Source of the DNA: Mobula hypostoma
Taxonomy: Eukaryota
Length of the DNA stretch: 64,000 nt
Direction: 5' to 3'
NCBI RefSeq assembly: GCF_963921235.1
Contig: NC_086097.1
Span: forward strand, 108,688,001-108,752,000
Shown here: positions 12,280-25,898 of the stretch, piece by piece
Layout: every line of letters starts with the position of its first letter
Numbering within the stretch: position 1 is the stretch's first letter
Made by a program: the position numbers and the translations under genes
The notes under the pieces: model-generated
Told to the model about the DNA's origin: nothing
The model's database searches: none
What the model saw: the letters and a program-made list of their open reading frames with translations, nothing else

Positions 12280-13000
12280 GACCATACAACATAGGGGTAA
12301 AATTAAGCCATTCGAACCATTGAATCATCATAGCTGATTTATTATCCCCCTCAAGCCCATTCTTCTGACCTCTCTCCATCACCTTTGATGCCCTTAACAA
12401 TCAAGAACATATCAACCTCCACTTTAAATAATGGTTTGGGTTTCACAGCCATCTGTGGCAATGGATTTCACAGATTCACCACGCTCTGGCTAAAGCAATT
12501 CCTCTACATCTCTGTTCTAAAGGTACATCCTTGTATTCTGACATTGTGTCTTCTGGTCTTAGACTCCCACGCTATACAAAACATCCTCTCTACATCCACT
12601 CTATATAGGCATTTCAATGAAATCCCCCCCTAAATCTTCTAAACTCCAGTGAGTACAGACTCAGAGCCATCAAACACTCCTCATAAAGTAAATCTTCCAT
12701 TCCTAGAATCGTTTTCATGAACCTCCTCTGGACCCTCACCAATGCCAGCACACCCTTTCTTACTAAAGGACCTCAAACTGTTCACAATACTCCATGCAGT
12801 CTGCCGAATGCCTTATAAAGCCTTATCATTATAACCTCCTTTTATACTTAGGTCCTCTTGAAATAAATGCTAACATTACAGTTGCCTTCTTTGCCCAGTC
12901 TCCTAATCTACGCCCTTCTGCCAACTCCCTGCTTCCTCAACACTACCTACCCCTCCAGCTGTCTTTGTATCATTTGCAAACTTGGCCATAAAGCCAACAA
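12280..13000 (-). mobile_element. Degenerate CR1 3' fragment
   Basis: Antisense reading ICGNGFHRFTTLWLK is shared with other CR1 3' ends. CR1 3' UTR present. Confidence 0.7.
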
Positions 13001-14432
13001 TTCAGCCAACACTGAGATCTTCACAAATCTACTGGCAAACTGTCAATGCAATTTGGCCCACTGATTTCTTAAAAATAGCATTATAATTATGCAATGCTGG
13101 TGCAAGAAATGTGTCTTCTAAATGTATATATTAAGGTTAATTGGAGGGATCAAATTTCCTATTTGTGCACATGGCAGTCTTTCTGTTAGGTTCGTAGAAT
13201 TGCACTTTATGTCTAAATATCTAACATTTCAAGTTTTTTATTAAATGTTTAAATTCCCAATGCAATCATACATTGGGGAAACTGATGCAAAGAGAAACCA
13301 AAAGATTTAAGAGCTGATTTTAACCTTTGGTAGTGGTGGAAATAAGCCGGGAAAGAGTTGGCCAGCTATTGCTCAGGTAACAGATTCAGTATCCATGGAA
13401 ATTAAAGAAAGAAACTGACTAAGTTATTTCTGTATTTTATTTGATGGATACAACAGGAGTCTCTAATCCTTTAAATGCACATATCTTACATCATCTACAT
13501 GTGACCTATATTAGGAACTCATGAAGGAATTTGTAATGGAAGCCCTTGGTCCATGAATTTGTTCTTAAAATGGACAAAAATAATGGGAGCTGATACACAA
13601 AGTGCTGGAGGAACTTGATGGTTCAGGCAGCATCTGTGGAGAGAAATGGCCAGTCAACGTTGATTATCCATTTCCCTCCACAGATGCTGTTTGACCTGCT
13701 GAGTTCATTCAGCATTTCACGTATTGCTCCAGATTTCCAGCATCTGCAGTCTTTCTTGTGTTTCCAAAATAATGGAGATGTATTTTTAAAATTTTCTAAT
13801 AATTTTCTTCCAGAGGTTTCATGGATGCATATTCTGTAAGTTTATTACCTGCACTGTGAATAACCTCATTAGTTACAGAAATACCTTGTTAGCTCAATGA
13901 ACAACATTAGCACATCAAGCCCAAAATTCCCAACTTACATTATTTTTAGAGCTAGTAGTGAGCCATTTATAGAAACTCATTTTCAGATCCTGGACACCTT
14001 TGGCAAGGCATGCAATGTCTGACAATCAGAAGGTAGTGTCGAGCCATCTTTTCCAACCAGTGAACTTCTTCTGGTACTCCTGTTGTGCTGTTGGGCAGGT
14101 AGCAGCCAGAGTAATGTCAAGTATCTCATTGGGTTCTGGGAGGACATTTCTGGCTAGAAAGAGATGCTGGCAATCAAGAACAAAGATACAAACTGAAGGA
14201 AGGCCACATGATTGACAGCTGGACTGAATCAACCTGAGAACTTGGCCAAGAGAGTGTTACATGTACTCATATGGTAACGATTGAAATGGCAATCTTTGGA
14301 AAGTATGCCAAGAAATGTACAAAAAGTTGCCTTATGACCCTAGAGACAAACCACTGAAGGAGATGACTCTGAGTCAGGGATTCAGGGAACTCGTCAAGAC
14401 TGAACCCCAGCCAGGTTGAACAACCTCCAAGA

Positions 14433-14760
14433 GGACCACAACCATGTCAAGGTTTGGAGGCCTGCGTGCCTCAATGACCTGAAAGCTATGCTGGCTGGAG
14501 TCAGGGCTTTATGCTTTGGCTTTTGTTGGGTCACCTGTGCTAAACAGGTCAAAGGATAGAGGCCAGACTAAGAGTATTCTACTGTTCCTCCAGGTTCAGG
14601 GGTTCAACTCAAGGCTAACAACTCTGACTGGTCAAAAAAAAATTGTTACGGAAATAACAATGAAGAATACTTCTATATCTGTGTGCGGCCGGTGTTCCTG
14701 AGTTTCTACCCGGGACTTGTATGACAGACATTAAACCGAGAGGAAGCTACCTACATGAAA
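14433..14760 (+). mobile_element. RTE-clade 5' UTR remnant
   Basis: RTE-type motif CCTCCAGGTT..GGGGTT...GGCTAACAAC..TGACTGGTCAAAA and nested helices GGCCU/AGGCC and UGACCUG/CAGGUCA. Confidence 0.5.
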
Positions 14761-17700
14761 GAATATGCTTAAGAAGGAAATCAGGAGGGCAATGAAAGAG
14801 TATGCTGGTAAGATTAAGGTAAATACCAAGAGATTCAATGGTTATATTAAGTGTAAAAGTGTAGCTACAGAGAGAATAGGTCTCCTTGGACATCATCTGG
14901 GCTGCCGATGTCTTGATCAACAGGGAATCTGCAGGATTTTTAATAGATATCTCTCCTCAATATTTACTAGGGATGGGAGAAAAAAAAGGGGAGATGTTTT
15001 GAAAAGAATTCATTTTACACCAAGGAGGGGATATTTGCAGTCTTACAACACATTAGGATGGATAAATCTATAGGGTGTGACAAAGTGTATCCTTGGACTT
15101 TGAGTGAGGCTAAAGAGGAATAGGAATAAGAAATAGGAGCAGGAGTCGGCCCTCTGGCCTGTCAAGCCTGCTCTACCATTCAATTAGATCATGACTAATC
15201 TGGCCAGTGACTCAGCTCTGATTCCCCCACCCCCGTAACCCTTAGTTTCCCCAGATATACAAAAATCTATCTAACCATGTCTTAAATGTGCTTAATGAGG
15301 CATCCTCTACTATTTCCTTGGCAGGGAATTCAATGGATTCACTACTCTCTGGGAAAAGCAGTACCCCCTTATCTCTGTCCTAAATCTACTTCCCCAAATC
15401 TTGAGGCTATTGTCTCCTAGTTCTAGTCTCACTTACCAGTGGAAACAATTTTCCTTCTTCTATTTTATCTAGCCCTTTCATAATGTTATACATTTCTATA
15501 AGATCCCCTCTCGCTCTTCTGAATTCCAGCAGTATAGGCACAAGTGAATCAATTTCTCCTTATGAGCTAACCTCCTCAACTCTGGAATTAACCTGGTGGA
15601 CCTCCTCTGCACCGCCTCCAAAACCAGTATATATTTCCTCAAGTAAGGAGACCACAACTGCATACTGTACTCCAGGTGCAAACTCACTGTTACCCTGTAG
15701 GGTTGCAGCATAACCTCCCTGCTCTTAAATTAAATCCCCCTTATAGTGAAGGCCAACATTCCATTTGCCTCCTTGATAACCTGTTGCAACCACACCAATC
15801 TTTTGTAATTCATGCACAAGCACTCCTAAGTCATTCTGCACAACAGCATAAATCTTTCACCATTTTAAATAATAATCTTACTTTCTATTTTTCCTTCCAA
15901 AGTGGATGACCTTGTATTTACCAATGTTGTACTCCATCTGCCAGACCCCTCCCTTAACCACTTAACCTATCTATCTCTCCGCCAACTCTCTCCATCCTCT
16001 ACAAAATTTGCTTTTCTACTTAATTTAGGGTCATCAGCAAACTTAGATACATTATACATGGTCCCATCTTCCAAATTATCAAAACCAGACATTTATTCCA
16101 ACTTTCTGCATTCTATTGATTTACCAATCCTCTATCTATACCAATTCATTATCCCCAACTCCATGCATCTTTATCTTGTGGATAAGTCTTTTCTGTGGCA
16201 CCTTCTGGAAATCCAAGTATACAACATCCAACTGTTCCCCTCCATCCACTGTGCTCATTATATCCTCAAAGCACTCCAGTAAGTTTGTCAAACAGGACTT
16301 GCTGTGTCTGCTTAATGGAACCACTTCTATGTAGAAGTCTCACTAGTTCTTCCTTAATAATAGCTTCAAGCATTTTCCTGACTGCAGGCATTAAGCTATC
16401 TGGGCTATAGATTTCCGCCTTTTGCCTCCATCCTTTTTTAAACAGTGGTGTGACATTCACTGTCTTTCAATCTGCCGAGACCTGACCAGTGTCTAGAAAA
16501 TTTTGGTAAATTATCACAAACATGTCAGCTATGACTTCTGCTATTCCTTTCATCTCAGCAGGACCAGGGAACTTGTTTACTAGTCTTCTAGTCTTACCCA
16601 GTAGTTTTCTCATCACTACCTCTTTAGTGACAGCAATTGTATCAAGCTCCTCAACTCCCACTGCATCCCTTTGGCATGTTAGATCTGTTCTCCATGGTGA
16701 AAACCAACACAAAATAAATGCTCAAGGCCTTGCCCATTTTCACATTACCCAATATTAATTCCCCCGTGTCATCTTCTGAAGGTTCAACATTCAATTTAAC
16801 CATTATACAAACTTTTACTATCTGTTCTTACATTTTGTAATCTACTTTACTTTCATTATTACTTGCTTAGTGATTCTTTGCTGCTTTTTTAAAGTGCTCC
16901 CAATCTTTCAGTTTCCCACAGCTCTTGCCGACTTCGTACACAGGAGTTTTTAGTTTGATAGCTCTGAAGAGGGGTCTTGGCCCAAAATGTCAACTGTTTA
17001 TTCAATTTCCATAGATGCCGCCTGGTCTGCGGATTTTTTCCAGCATTTTGTGTGTGTTGCTTTTAGTTTGATGCCTTCTTTTATTTCCTTAGTTTTCCAA
17101 GGCTGTTTCTCCCCACCCTTACTGTCCTCGCTTTTTACTGGAACATACTTTAGTTGAAGATGATAGTGTTAGACCGAACTATTGCATCTTCCATTTGAGT
17201 GAGAATTTCAATTATACTGCAATTTATATTAATTGTTTATATAAATGATTTGCATGCAAATGCACATGGCTTGATCAATAAATTTTCAGATAACCCAAAA
17301 TTAGGAGGTATTGTTGAAGGTTATCATAGACTACAAGGGGACCTTGATTAGTTAGGGAAGTGAGCTGAGGAGGGGCAAACAGATTTGAATACAGATAAAT
17401 GTGATGTGATGCACTTTGTAAAGTCAAGTTTACATCAGACACGTATTATGAATGGTAGGGTACTGGGGAGTGTAATGGAACAGAGGGACTTGGAAGTACA
17501 AGTTCCCAGTTAATTGTAAACAGCCTCACAAGTAGACAGAGTGGTAGAAAAGGTATTTAGCATACAGACCTTCATCACTCAGGGCATTGAGTAGAGGAGC
17601 TGGGACATCATGTTACAGTTGTGTACATCGTTGGTGAGGCTGCACTTGGAGTGCATGTACAGTTTTAGACTCTTTGAGTCTATAATAAGGGCTACAACCC

Positions 17701-18060
17701 CACTATAGGAAAGCTGTGGTTAATTGATTGATGAGGATATTGCTGGGACCGGACGGCCTGAGTTACAGAGAGAGGTTGGCTAGGCTAGGTCTTTGTTCCT
17801 TGGAACGTAGGGCAATGAGGGTGATCTTATAGAAATGTTTAAAATTATAGATGAGGTGGCCATAACAGGCTATTCCCCACGATCGGGGAGGGTGATCTTA
17901 TGGAAATGTTTAAAATCATAGATGAGGTGGCCATAACAGGCTATTCCCCACGATCAGGGAGGGTGATCTTATGGAAATGTTTAAAATCATAGACGAGGTC
18001 GCCATAACAGGCTATTCCTCACGATCGGGGAGACTGTATCTGTGCTGTATTGTTCCACGA
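14761..18060. mobile_element. Cluster of degenerate CR1 fragments (+ 14761-15120, - 15120-17160, + 17220-18060)
   Basis: SCLTNLLECFED, VVYLDFQK, HLEY and NVTPLFKKG motifs. Boundaries approximate. Confidence 0.7.
17817..18032 (+). repeat. Tandem repeat, 3 x 71 bp, derived from a CR1 3' region
   Basis: Unit GAGGGTGATCTTATRGAAATGTTTAAAATYATAGA...CACGATCRGG starts at 17817, 17888 and 17959. Confidence 0.9.
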
Positions 18061-19144
18061 CACTTTAAGTCTATAATAGGACTACAGATCTTTGCTTAGA
18101 TCTATCCATTGCATGGTATTTTTACTGTTTAGCATGTAAATAGTCATGTATTATAGCTTCATTAGGCTGGTATCTTATAAATTTCAGATATGCTTAGTGC
18201 TGCTCCCAATGTGCTATTTGCAGTTCTCACCAATGCAGGAATGATGGTCTAGCAAGAGAGTGAGGGTTAGATGTGTCAGTCCTATGTTAACAGATTATGG
18301 TGTTGTAATTTCTGCTGGTGCTGATGGTCCACAGCGCCTCATAGACACCCAGCTGTAAACTGCCAAATGTTGAGAATCTAACTAACTTTACAAAATTAAT
18401 GGTGCCGCACAGCAAGATGTAGGGTTGATAAGGTCAATGGTGCTGTGCAAAGATATCAAGCACTTGAAATATATACAGACAGAAAAGAAGCACAGGAATA
18501 TTACAGCTGAAATAGCCACAAAAGGAAAACTAGCCCATCTGAAATTGTGATGTTCAAATATTGGGTCCTGAGGAATTATTATTGACTGGTTTTCCAATGG
18601 TGTAAATCTTCTTGCAAATTCTCAGGCATGCCTGATTTTGCCCAGACTTTGCTTTGTTCAGGCACGGACTACTTCACTTACTGAAATGTGGTAAATAGAA
18701 CTAAATAATGCCCAATGTCTGAACAGCCCACTTCAGTACTTCCCATTAAAGGAAGCTCCTTGATGAAGATGGTTGGGCCTAGAGAACTCCTACAGTGAAT
18801 TACTGTAGTGTAGTTAGTTAAACTCCAACAAATACTCCAGTGTTCCTTTGTGCAAGGTATGACTGAATGCTTTTAGCTTGATTTACTCTCAGAAATTGCG
18901 AAAGTGACAGAACTTGTAACAGTGTAATTAGGTGGCACTTGCTAACCAATAATAAACACCAGAAATTCTGCAGATGCTGGATATCCAGAGCAACACACAC
19001 AAAATCCTGGAAGAACTCAGCAGGTTAGGCAGCATCTGTGGAAACAAATAAAAAAAGTCGATATTTTGGGCCGAGGTCCTTCGTCAGGACTCGCCAGTAA
19101 TCTGCTTGTTGAATCAAAATCAGAATCAGGTTTATTATCACTGG

Positions 19145-19338
19145 AAACACGAGAAAATCTGCATATGCTGGAAATTCAAGCAATACACACAAAATGCTGG
19201 TGGAACGCAGCAGGCCAGGCAGCGTCTATAGGAAGAAGTACAGTCGACCCTTGGGTCTCGGCCCGAAATGTCGGCTGTACTTCTTCCTATAGATGTTGCC
19301 TGGCCTGCTGCATTCACCAGCATTTTGTGTGTGTTGCT
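19145..19338. mobile_element. 194-bp palindromic (fold-back) Penelope-LTR-derived insertion
   Basis: Arms 19179-19248 and 19270-19338 are reverse complements. 14-bp TSD TTTATTATCAC(T/C)GG at 19131-19144 / 19339-19352. Confidence 0.8.
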
Positions 19339-19352
19339 TTTATTATCACCGG

Positions 19353-20095
19353 CATGTGCACTGGAATTTAACTTACTAACAGCAGTACAATGTACTGCTA
19401 CAGAAGGATGATACAGAAGGAAAAAATTAAGTAAACCAATTACAGTAAGTATGTATATGTATATGTATGTATATGTATATTAAATAGATTAAAAAGAGTG
19501 CACTACAGAAATAATATATAAAAAAAGTGAGGTAGTGTTCATGGGTTCAGTGTCCATTTAGCAATTGGATGGCAGAGGGGAAGAAGCTGTTCCTGAATCA
19601 TTGAGTGTGTGTCTTCAGGCTTCTGTATCTCCTTCCTGATGGTAACAGTGAGAAAAGGGCATGTCCTGGGTGATGGGGGTCTTTAATAATGAACGCCACC
19701 TTTCTGAGGAACTGTGCCTTGAAGTTGTCTTGGGTACTACGGAGGCTAGTACCCAAGATGGAGCTGACTAGTTTACAATTTTTTGTAGCTTCTTTTGGTT
19801 CTGTACAGTATCCCCTGCACTCCCCTTATACCAGACAGTGATGTAGCCTGTCAAACTGCTCTTCATGGGACATCTATAGAAGTTTTAGAGTGTTTTAGGT
19901 GACAACCCAAATCTCTTCAAACTCCTAATAAAGTATAGTCACTATCTTGCCTTCTTTATAGCTGCATTGACATGTTGGGACCAGGTTAGATCCTCAGAGA
20001 TCTTGACACCCAGGAACTTGAAATTGCTCAGTCTCTCCACTTCTGATCCCTTTATGAGTATTAGTTCGTGTTTCCTCATCTTACCCTTCCTGAAT
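19353..20095 (-). mobile_element. Rex1/Babar-type LINE 3' fragment
   Basis: Same 3' UTR and RT-thumb sequence type as 22420-23640 and 60820-62170. Confidence 0.65.
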
Positions 20096-20474
20096 TTATA
20101 CATGGCCACCAAATGTGAGGTTTTCCATGACTAATCAACTCCAGATCTCAACACAAATTTTGTCCGATCAAGGACCAGAGTTGAATTCCAAAGACAAAGT
20201 GAGAGTGATGGATTTGACATCAAGGCATTATTCAACCAAGAGTGACATCAAGGAGCATTGGTGAATCTAACTTCAAAGTGAAACACTGTTATGGCTGCAG
20301 TTGTATCTTGCACAATGGAAGGTGCTCGTAATTGTTGGAAATGAATCATCCCAGTTCCAGAAAGTCACTGTAGAAGTTCTTCAGGATAATTACCTTGACT
20401 CAACTATCTTCAGTTACTCCATCAATCGCATGGCTCAACCATAAACCAGATGCAGATATATTTGTTGATGATTG

Positions 20475-20774
20475 TTCGTTTGTTATGTGTCATATGATTT
20501 AGGTGATTATGGTCTTTCCATGACCATGATTATTCCTGGCAAAGTTTTCTACAGAATCGGTTTGCCATTGCTTTCATCTGGACAGTGTCTTTACAAGACA
20601 GGTGACCCCAGCCATTATCAGTACTCCAGAGATTGTCAGTGGTCACATAACCAGGATTTGTGATATGCACCAGCTGCTCAGATGACCATCCACCTGCTCC
20701 CATGGCTTCAAGGGGGCTAAGCAGGTGCTACACCTTGCTCAAGGGTGGTCTACAGGCTAGTGGAGGCGAGGAGC
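20475..20774 (-). mobile_element. Short RTE-related non-autonomous element (SINE-like)
   Basis: Minus strand contains GAAAGCAATGGCAAACC...TTTGCCAGGAA (Bov-A/RTE-like core). Flanked by an approximate duplication TTTGTT(CT)GATGATTGT. Confidence 0.5.
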
Positions 20775-21731
20775 TTTGTTCTGATGATTGTACAAAGTTC
20801 AATTCCATTCACAGTTCTTCAGACTATGGTACATTCAGTGCTTGCACCAGTGAGTGCTAGGCAGGCATGGTGCAGGTGGGGGAGAGGAATGATGAGTGGT
20901 AAGTAATATGCATGTCACAAAATACCAGGCAAATCTAACAATCTACCCTTGACGCTCACTGGTATTATCATGGACAATTCTTCCACTGTCCAAGTCAGAG
21001 GCTGGTAAACTTGAAGATAGACTCACTTCTTGACAGTACAAAGACTTCCAAATTCTAAAATGGATGTTTACATAGAACAGGCCTTTTGGCCCACAATGCT
21101 ATGCCAACCTTATAACCTACTCTAAGACCAATCTAGCTCCTATAAGCCCTCCATTTTTCTATCATCCATATGCCTATCTAAGAGTTTATTAAATGTCTGT
21201 AATGTATCTGCCTCAACCAGTAGCCCTGGCAGGGTGTTCCATGTGTGAAAAAACTTACCTCTGACATCCACCCTTAGTGGGATTTTATAATGGACATGTC
21301 AGGACTGTGAAAAAATACTCTCCATTTGCTTAGATGAGTACAGCTTGAACACAATTCAAAAAGCAAAAGTAACTACTTGACAATTTATTTGTCATCCTAA
21401 ACATTAATTCCCTCCATCACAGGTGCACCATGACTGCAGTGGCTACTGTCTATAAAATGCGCAGCCAAAGCCATCCCAACAATTTTTGATGTTTATGAGA
21501 CTCTACTGCCATGAAGGACAATGGCTATCAGCATAGGGATTAATCCTAGAGCTCCCTACACAAGGATCACAATAATGACAGGAGTTTAGGGGAACAGCCC
21601 ACCACTGGCTTCTCTGGGACAATTAATTGTAACCCTTACATGCTGGCATTGCCTATGATGTTCACGTCTTGTACATTAATAAAACTATTACTGTATGAAG
21701 AATTAATTTAAAATAAATATTCAGGCATTAC

Positions 21732-21894
21732 TTCATTCTGTTGTGCTTTTGTAGCCGGGCTGCTGGGTCCGAAGAAATACTTTCGATTCAAATATTTGTT
21801 CTTTATCTCTCTGGATTTGTTATTCCTCTCTTCTTCTGCATTGTGTGGTATTTTTCTAAAATGCTGAATATCCAACCAGCAATTAAGATCCACA
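21732..21894 (-). CDS. rgs22: RGS22 internal coding exon E (163 nt, phase 2/0): (G)VDLNCWLDIQHFRKIPHNAEEERNNKSREIKNKYLNRKYFFGPSSPATKAQQNE
   Basis: Acceptor tatctcttgtag and donor GAA|gtaatg. Strong match to recalled RGS22 DLMCWTDIEQFRRI...IKNKYLNKKYFFGPNSPASLYQQNQ. Confidence 0.95.
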
Positions 21895-22419
21895 CTACAA
21901 GAGATAAATGCCCACAAATCAGCAATATCGTACTATTATAAACTGCTATTAAAACAGTGGTGTATTGCTACATTTGGTTAAAGCTCAAGACTAATTAATC
22001 AAACTGGGATCTGTACATTAACCTTGTAGTTACTGTTGCTATTAATATAGGGAAGTATACTGATCAACAACAGGCACTGGTGAAACAACAGAAGTGATCC
22101 CAGCTGGAGAGAGTGAGAATGCAGCTGATTTCATCCTTAACTCAAGATCAGATACTTCACTAAAACTTAGTAAGTTGATGGCAATGAAAGCTTCTAGATT
22201 CATTTTGTGAAAAATCATATTTTGTCCCTTTCCTTTCTGTAGATGCAAGTTGAAGAGCTCCTCGCATATTTTAAGGACAAAATTTTTTAAATATTTCTGA
22301 AGAATCCATGAGTTCAACCACTTTTAATCTTTCTTTAGTTACATAATTTTTAAATTGCCTGAAGAAACTTCCAAGAAGCTCTGACGAGAGAACAGCAAAA
22401 CGATGTGACTTTCTGGGTT

Positions 22420-25200
22420 TGTCAAAGTAAATTTATTATCAAAGCACTTATATATCACCATATACAACCCTGAGATTCATTTCCTTGCTGGCATTCAGAG
22501 GAAAACACAGAAATACAATAGAATTTATGAAAAACTATACATAAGCACTGTCAAACAACCAAAAGAAGACAGACTGTGCAAATTAAAAAAATAATACTGA
22601 GAACTTGAGTTGCAGAGTCCTCGAAAGCCAGTCTGTTGGTTGTGGAATGTTTAAAGTTGAGGTGAGTGAAGTTATCCACACTAGTTCAGAAGCCTGATGT
22701 TTGTAGGGTAATACACAAACTGTTCTTGAACCTGCTGGTGTGGGTCTCAAGGCTCCTGTAACTCCTGCTGATGGTAGTGGCGAGAAGAGAGCATTCCCTG
22801 GATGGTAGGGGCCCTTGATGTTGAATGCTGTTTTCTTGTTCCAGCATTCTTTACAGATGTGCTCAATGGTGGGAAGGGCCTTTTCTGTGATGGACTGGGC
22901 TATATCCGCCAGTTTTGCAGGACTTTCCATTCTTGGGCTTTGGTGTTTCCATACCAGGCTGTGATGCAGCCAGTCAGGATACTCTCCACTGTGCACTTAT
23001 AAAAGTGTGTCAAAGTTTTCGATGACATACTGAATCTGCACGAACTAAGAAAGAAGAGGCACTGCTATACCTGTTTTTTGATATACTTACATGCTGGTCC
23101 TGGGACACATTCTCCAATATTACACCACCAAGGAATTTAAAGTTACTGTATCTCTCCACTTCCAATCCCATAATGATGACTGGCCCATGGACCTCCGGCT
23201 TCTTCCTTCTGTAGTCAATAATCAGCTCTTTGGTTTTGCTGAGATCGATTGAAAGATTGTTGTTGTGGCACCATTCAACCAGATTTTCAGTCTCCCTCCT
23301 ATATGCCGATTTGTCACCATCTTTCATTCAGCCAACATTCTCAGTAAACTTAAATATGGCGTTAGAGCTGTACTGAGCCATGCAATCATAAGCAAAAAGC
23401 AAGTAGAGCAGGGGGTTTAACACACCATCTTCACGTGCACCTATGCTGATGGTGATTGTGGAGATGAGACTGTTACCAATCTGAACCGACTGGAGTCAGC
23501 AAGTGAGGAAATCAAGGATCCAGTTGCGCAGAGGGGTATCGAGACCCAGGAGCTGAAACTTAGTGACGAGTTTCAAGGGCAGGATAGTGCTGAATGCAGA
23601 ACTGTGCTCAGTGAAGCATATTGTGATGTATGCATCTTCATTGATTCAGAGCATAGAAACATAGAAAACCTACAGCACAATACAGGCCCTTCGGTCCACA
23701 AAGCTGCGCCAAACATGTCCCTACCTTAGAACTACCTCGGCTTTACCCAAAGCCCTCTATTTTTCTAAGCTCCATGTAACCATCCAGGAGTCTCTTAAAA
23801 GACCCTATCGTTTCCGCCTCCGCCACTGCCTCCGGCAGCCCATTCCACACACTCAGCATTCTCTGCATAAAAAACATACCCCTGACAGCACCTGCTTTCA
23901 AGTACCTTAAAACTATGCCCTCTCGTGCTAGCCATTTCAGCCCTGGGGAAAAGCCTCTGACTATCCACACGATCAATGCCTCTCATTATCTTTTACACCT
24001 CTATCAGGTCACCTCTCATCCTCCGTCACTCCAAGGAGAAAAGGCTGAGTTCACTCAACCTATTCTCATAAGGCTTGCTCCCCAAACCAGGCAACATCCT
24101 TGGAAATCTCCTCTGCACCCTTTCTATGGTTTCCACATCCTTCCTGTAGTGAGGCAACCAGAATTGAGAATAGTACTCCAAGTGGGGTCTGACCAGGGTC
24201 CTATATAGCTGCAACATTACCTCTTGGCTCTTAAACTCAATCCCACCATTGATGAAGGCCATTGCATCATATGCCTTCTTAACCACAGAGTCAACCTGCG
24301 TAGCAGCTTTGAGTGTCCTATGGACCCGGACCCCAAGATCCCTCTGATCCTCTACACTGCCAACAGTCTTACCATTAATCTGCCATCATATTTGACCTAC
24401 CAAAATGAACCACCTCACACCTATCTGAGTTGAACTCCATCTGCCACTACTCAGCCCAGTTTTGCATCCTATCAATGTCCCACTGTAACCTCTGACAGCC
24501 CTCCACACTATCCACAGCACATCCAACCTTTGTGTCATCAGCAAATTTACTAACCCATCCCTCCACTTTCTCATCCAGGTCATTTATAAAAATCACAAAG
24601 AGTAGGGGTCCCAGAACAGATCCCTGAGGCACACCACTGGTCACCGGTCTCCATGTAGAATATGACACGTCTACAACCACTCATTGCCTTCTGTGGACAA
24701 GCCAGTTCTGGATCCACAAAGCAATGTCCCCTTGGATCTCATGCCTCCTTACTTTCTCAATAAGCCTGGCATGGGGTACCTTATCAAATGCCTTACTGAA
24801 ATCCATATTCACTACATCTGCTGCTCTACCATTATCAACATGTTTAGTCACATCCTCAAAAAATTAAATCAGGCTTGTAAGGCATGACCTGCCTTTGATA
24901 AAACCATGCTGACTATTCATAATCATATTATGCCTCTCCAAATGTTCATAAATCCTGCCTTTCAGGATCTTCTCCATCAACTTACCAACCACTGAAGCAT
25001 AATGAAGAGCCAAAGAAATGGGCTTCTGCTGTTGAACAGTTGTGAAGGTTGGAGTGAATCTAGGTCACTCCTTAGGCAGGAGCTAATATGCTTCATCATC
25101 AACCTCTCAAAGCACTTCGTCACAGTGGATATATACGTTACTGAATTATAGTCATAGAAGAAGTTTACCACTTGATTGAAGCTTCCTTGAAGCAGATGGG
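22420..25200 (-). mobile_element. Rex1/Babar LINE (22420-23650, 24995-25200) interrupted by a CR1 fragment (23653-24995)
   Basis: Rex motifs SKTKELIIDYRRK, NFKFLG and KCFERLMMKHI. CR1 motifs [21 protein letters not shown] and FADDTK. Confidence 0.8.
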
Positions 25201-25898
25201 TATCTCAGACTTGTGAATAATGAAGAATATAAATTGCCAAATGTAAATTATGAATTGACATTTTGGGATTGCCTTCCTCAATGATCCCTTCTTTCTTTAG
25301 ATTCATAATATTAGGTTCTGATTTTCTATTTGGTGTTGTATTCTTAAGGTAAACTTAGTCTGAGGCAAAACGTCAAAAAAGAACATATTTATTGTTGTAA
25401 CACCCAGGCTTTGTAAGTTGAAATACTGCCAGATTGATAAAGCTCAGTCAATGATCCTTTTATGTGAAAGCTCTTTGGTTAATGTTGTTTGATTTCAAAT
25501 GGGTATTCTTCTGAAAGTGACAAATTAATGCTTTGAGCTCTTAAGTAGTGCTACAATAGAGAATTATCCTTTTTATAACTTTAAAATAGGTGATGATGGT
25601 GTTTGAACTGCTAAGAAGAGATCTAAGAGCTTTTACTAACATCAGATGCAGCAAAATGACAAGTCAGGCTTAAGGATTTGTATGTGTAAGATCTGAACGA
25701 ACCTGGTATGAACATGTCCTGGAGTTGGAGTACTTTCCATGTGTGTGGGTGGGTGGAAAGGTGAGAGGGAGGAAAGGGTCTTGTTTTGCTGATATTGTTT
25801 GGTTACTTGTTGTGTTCTATTTTATTGTGTTCTGTATTGTAGGAAAGCAGCATCCATCTTCAGAAATTCCCACTACCCAGGCCATGCTCTCTTCTCAT

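Noticed and set aside
13800..13845. Plus-strand micro-exon-like signal (ttttcttccag ... gtaagt), and similar ones near 22252, 39099 and 50762
   Set aside because: No coherent frame or recognisable protein links them. Such signals arise by chance in AT-rich introns.
14000..14330. Unique-looking ORFs 14000-14215 (+) and 14026-14232 (-)
   Set aside because: No RGS22 similarity. Resembles a heavily decayed RTE C-terminus, too weak to call.
14433..14640. Possible second HDV-like ribozyme in the RTE 5' UTR remnant
   Set aside because: Helices and a GCUAA are present, but I could not assemble P1/P1.1/P3 in the right order from this decayed copy.
17817..18032. CRISPR-like array or any prokaryotic system
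   Set aside because: The repeats are head-to-tail without spacers and LINE-derived. The whole window is vertebrate intronic DNA.
18388..18700. Candidate extra exon on the minus strand
   Set aside because: No RGS22 similarity, and exons E and F already join in phase without a gap in homology.
22042..22317. 91-aa minus-strand ORF next to exon E
   Set aside because: No recognisable homology. Exons D and E join contiguously.
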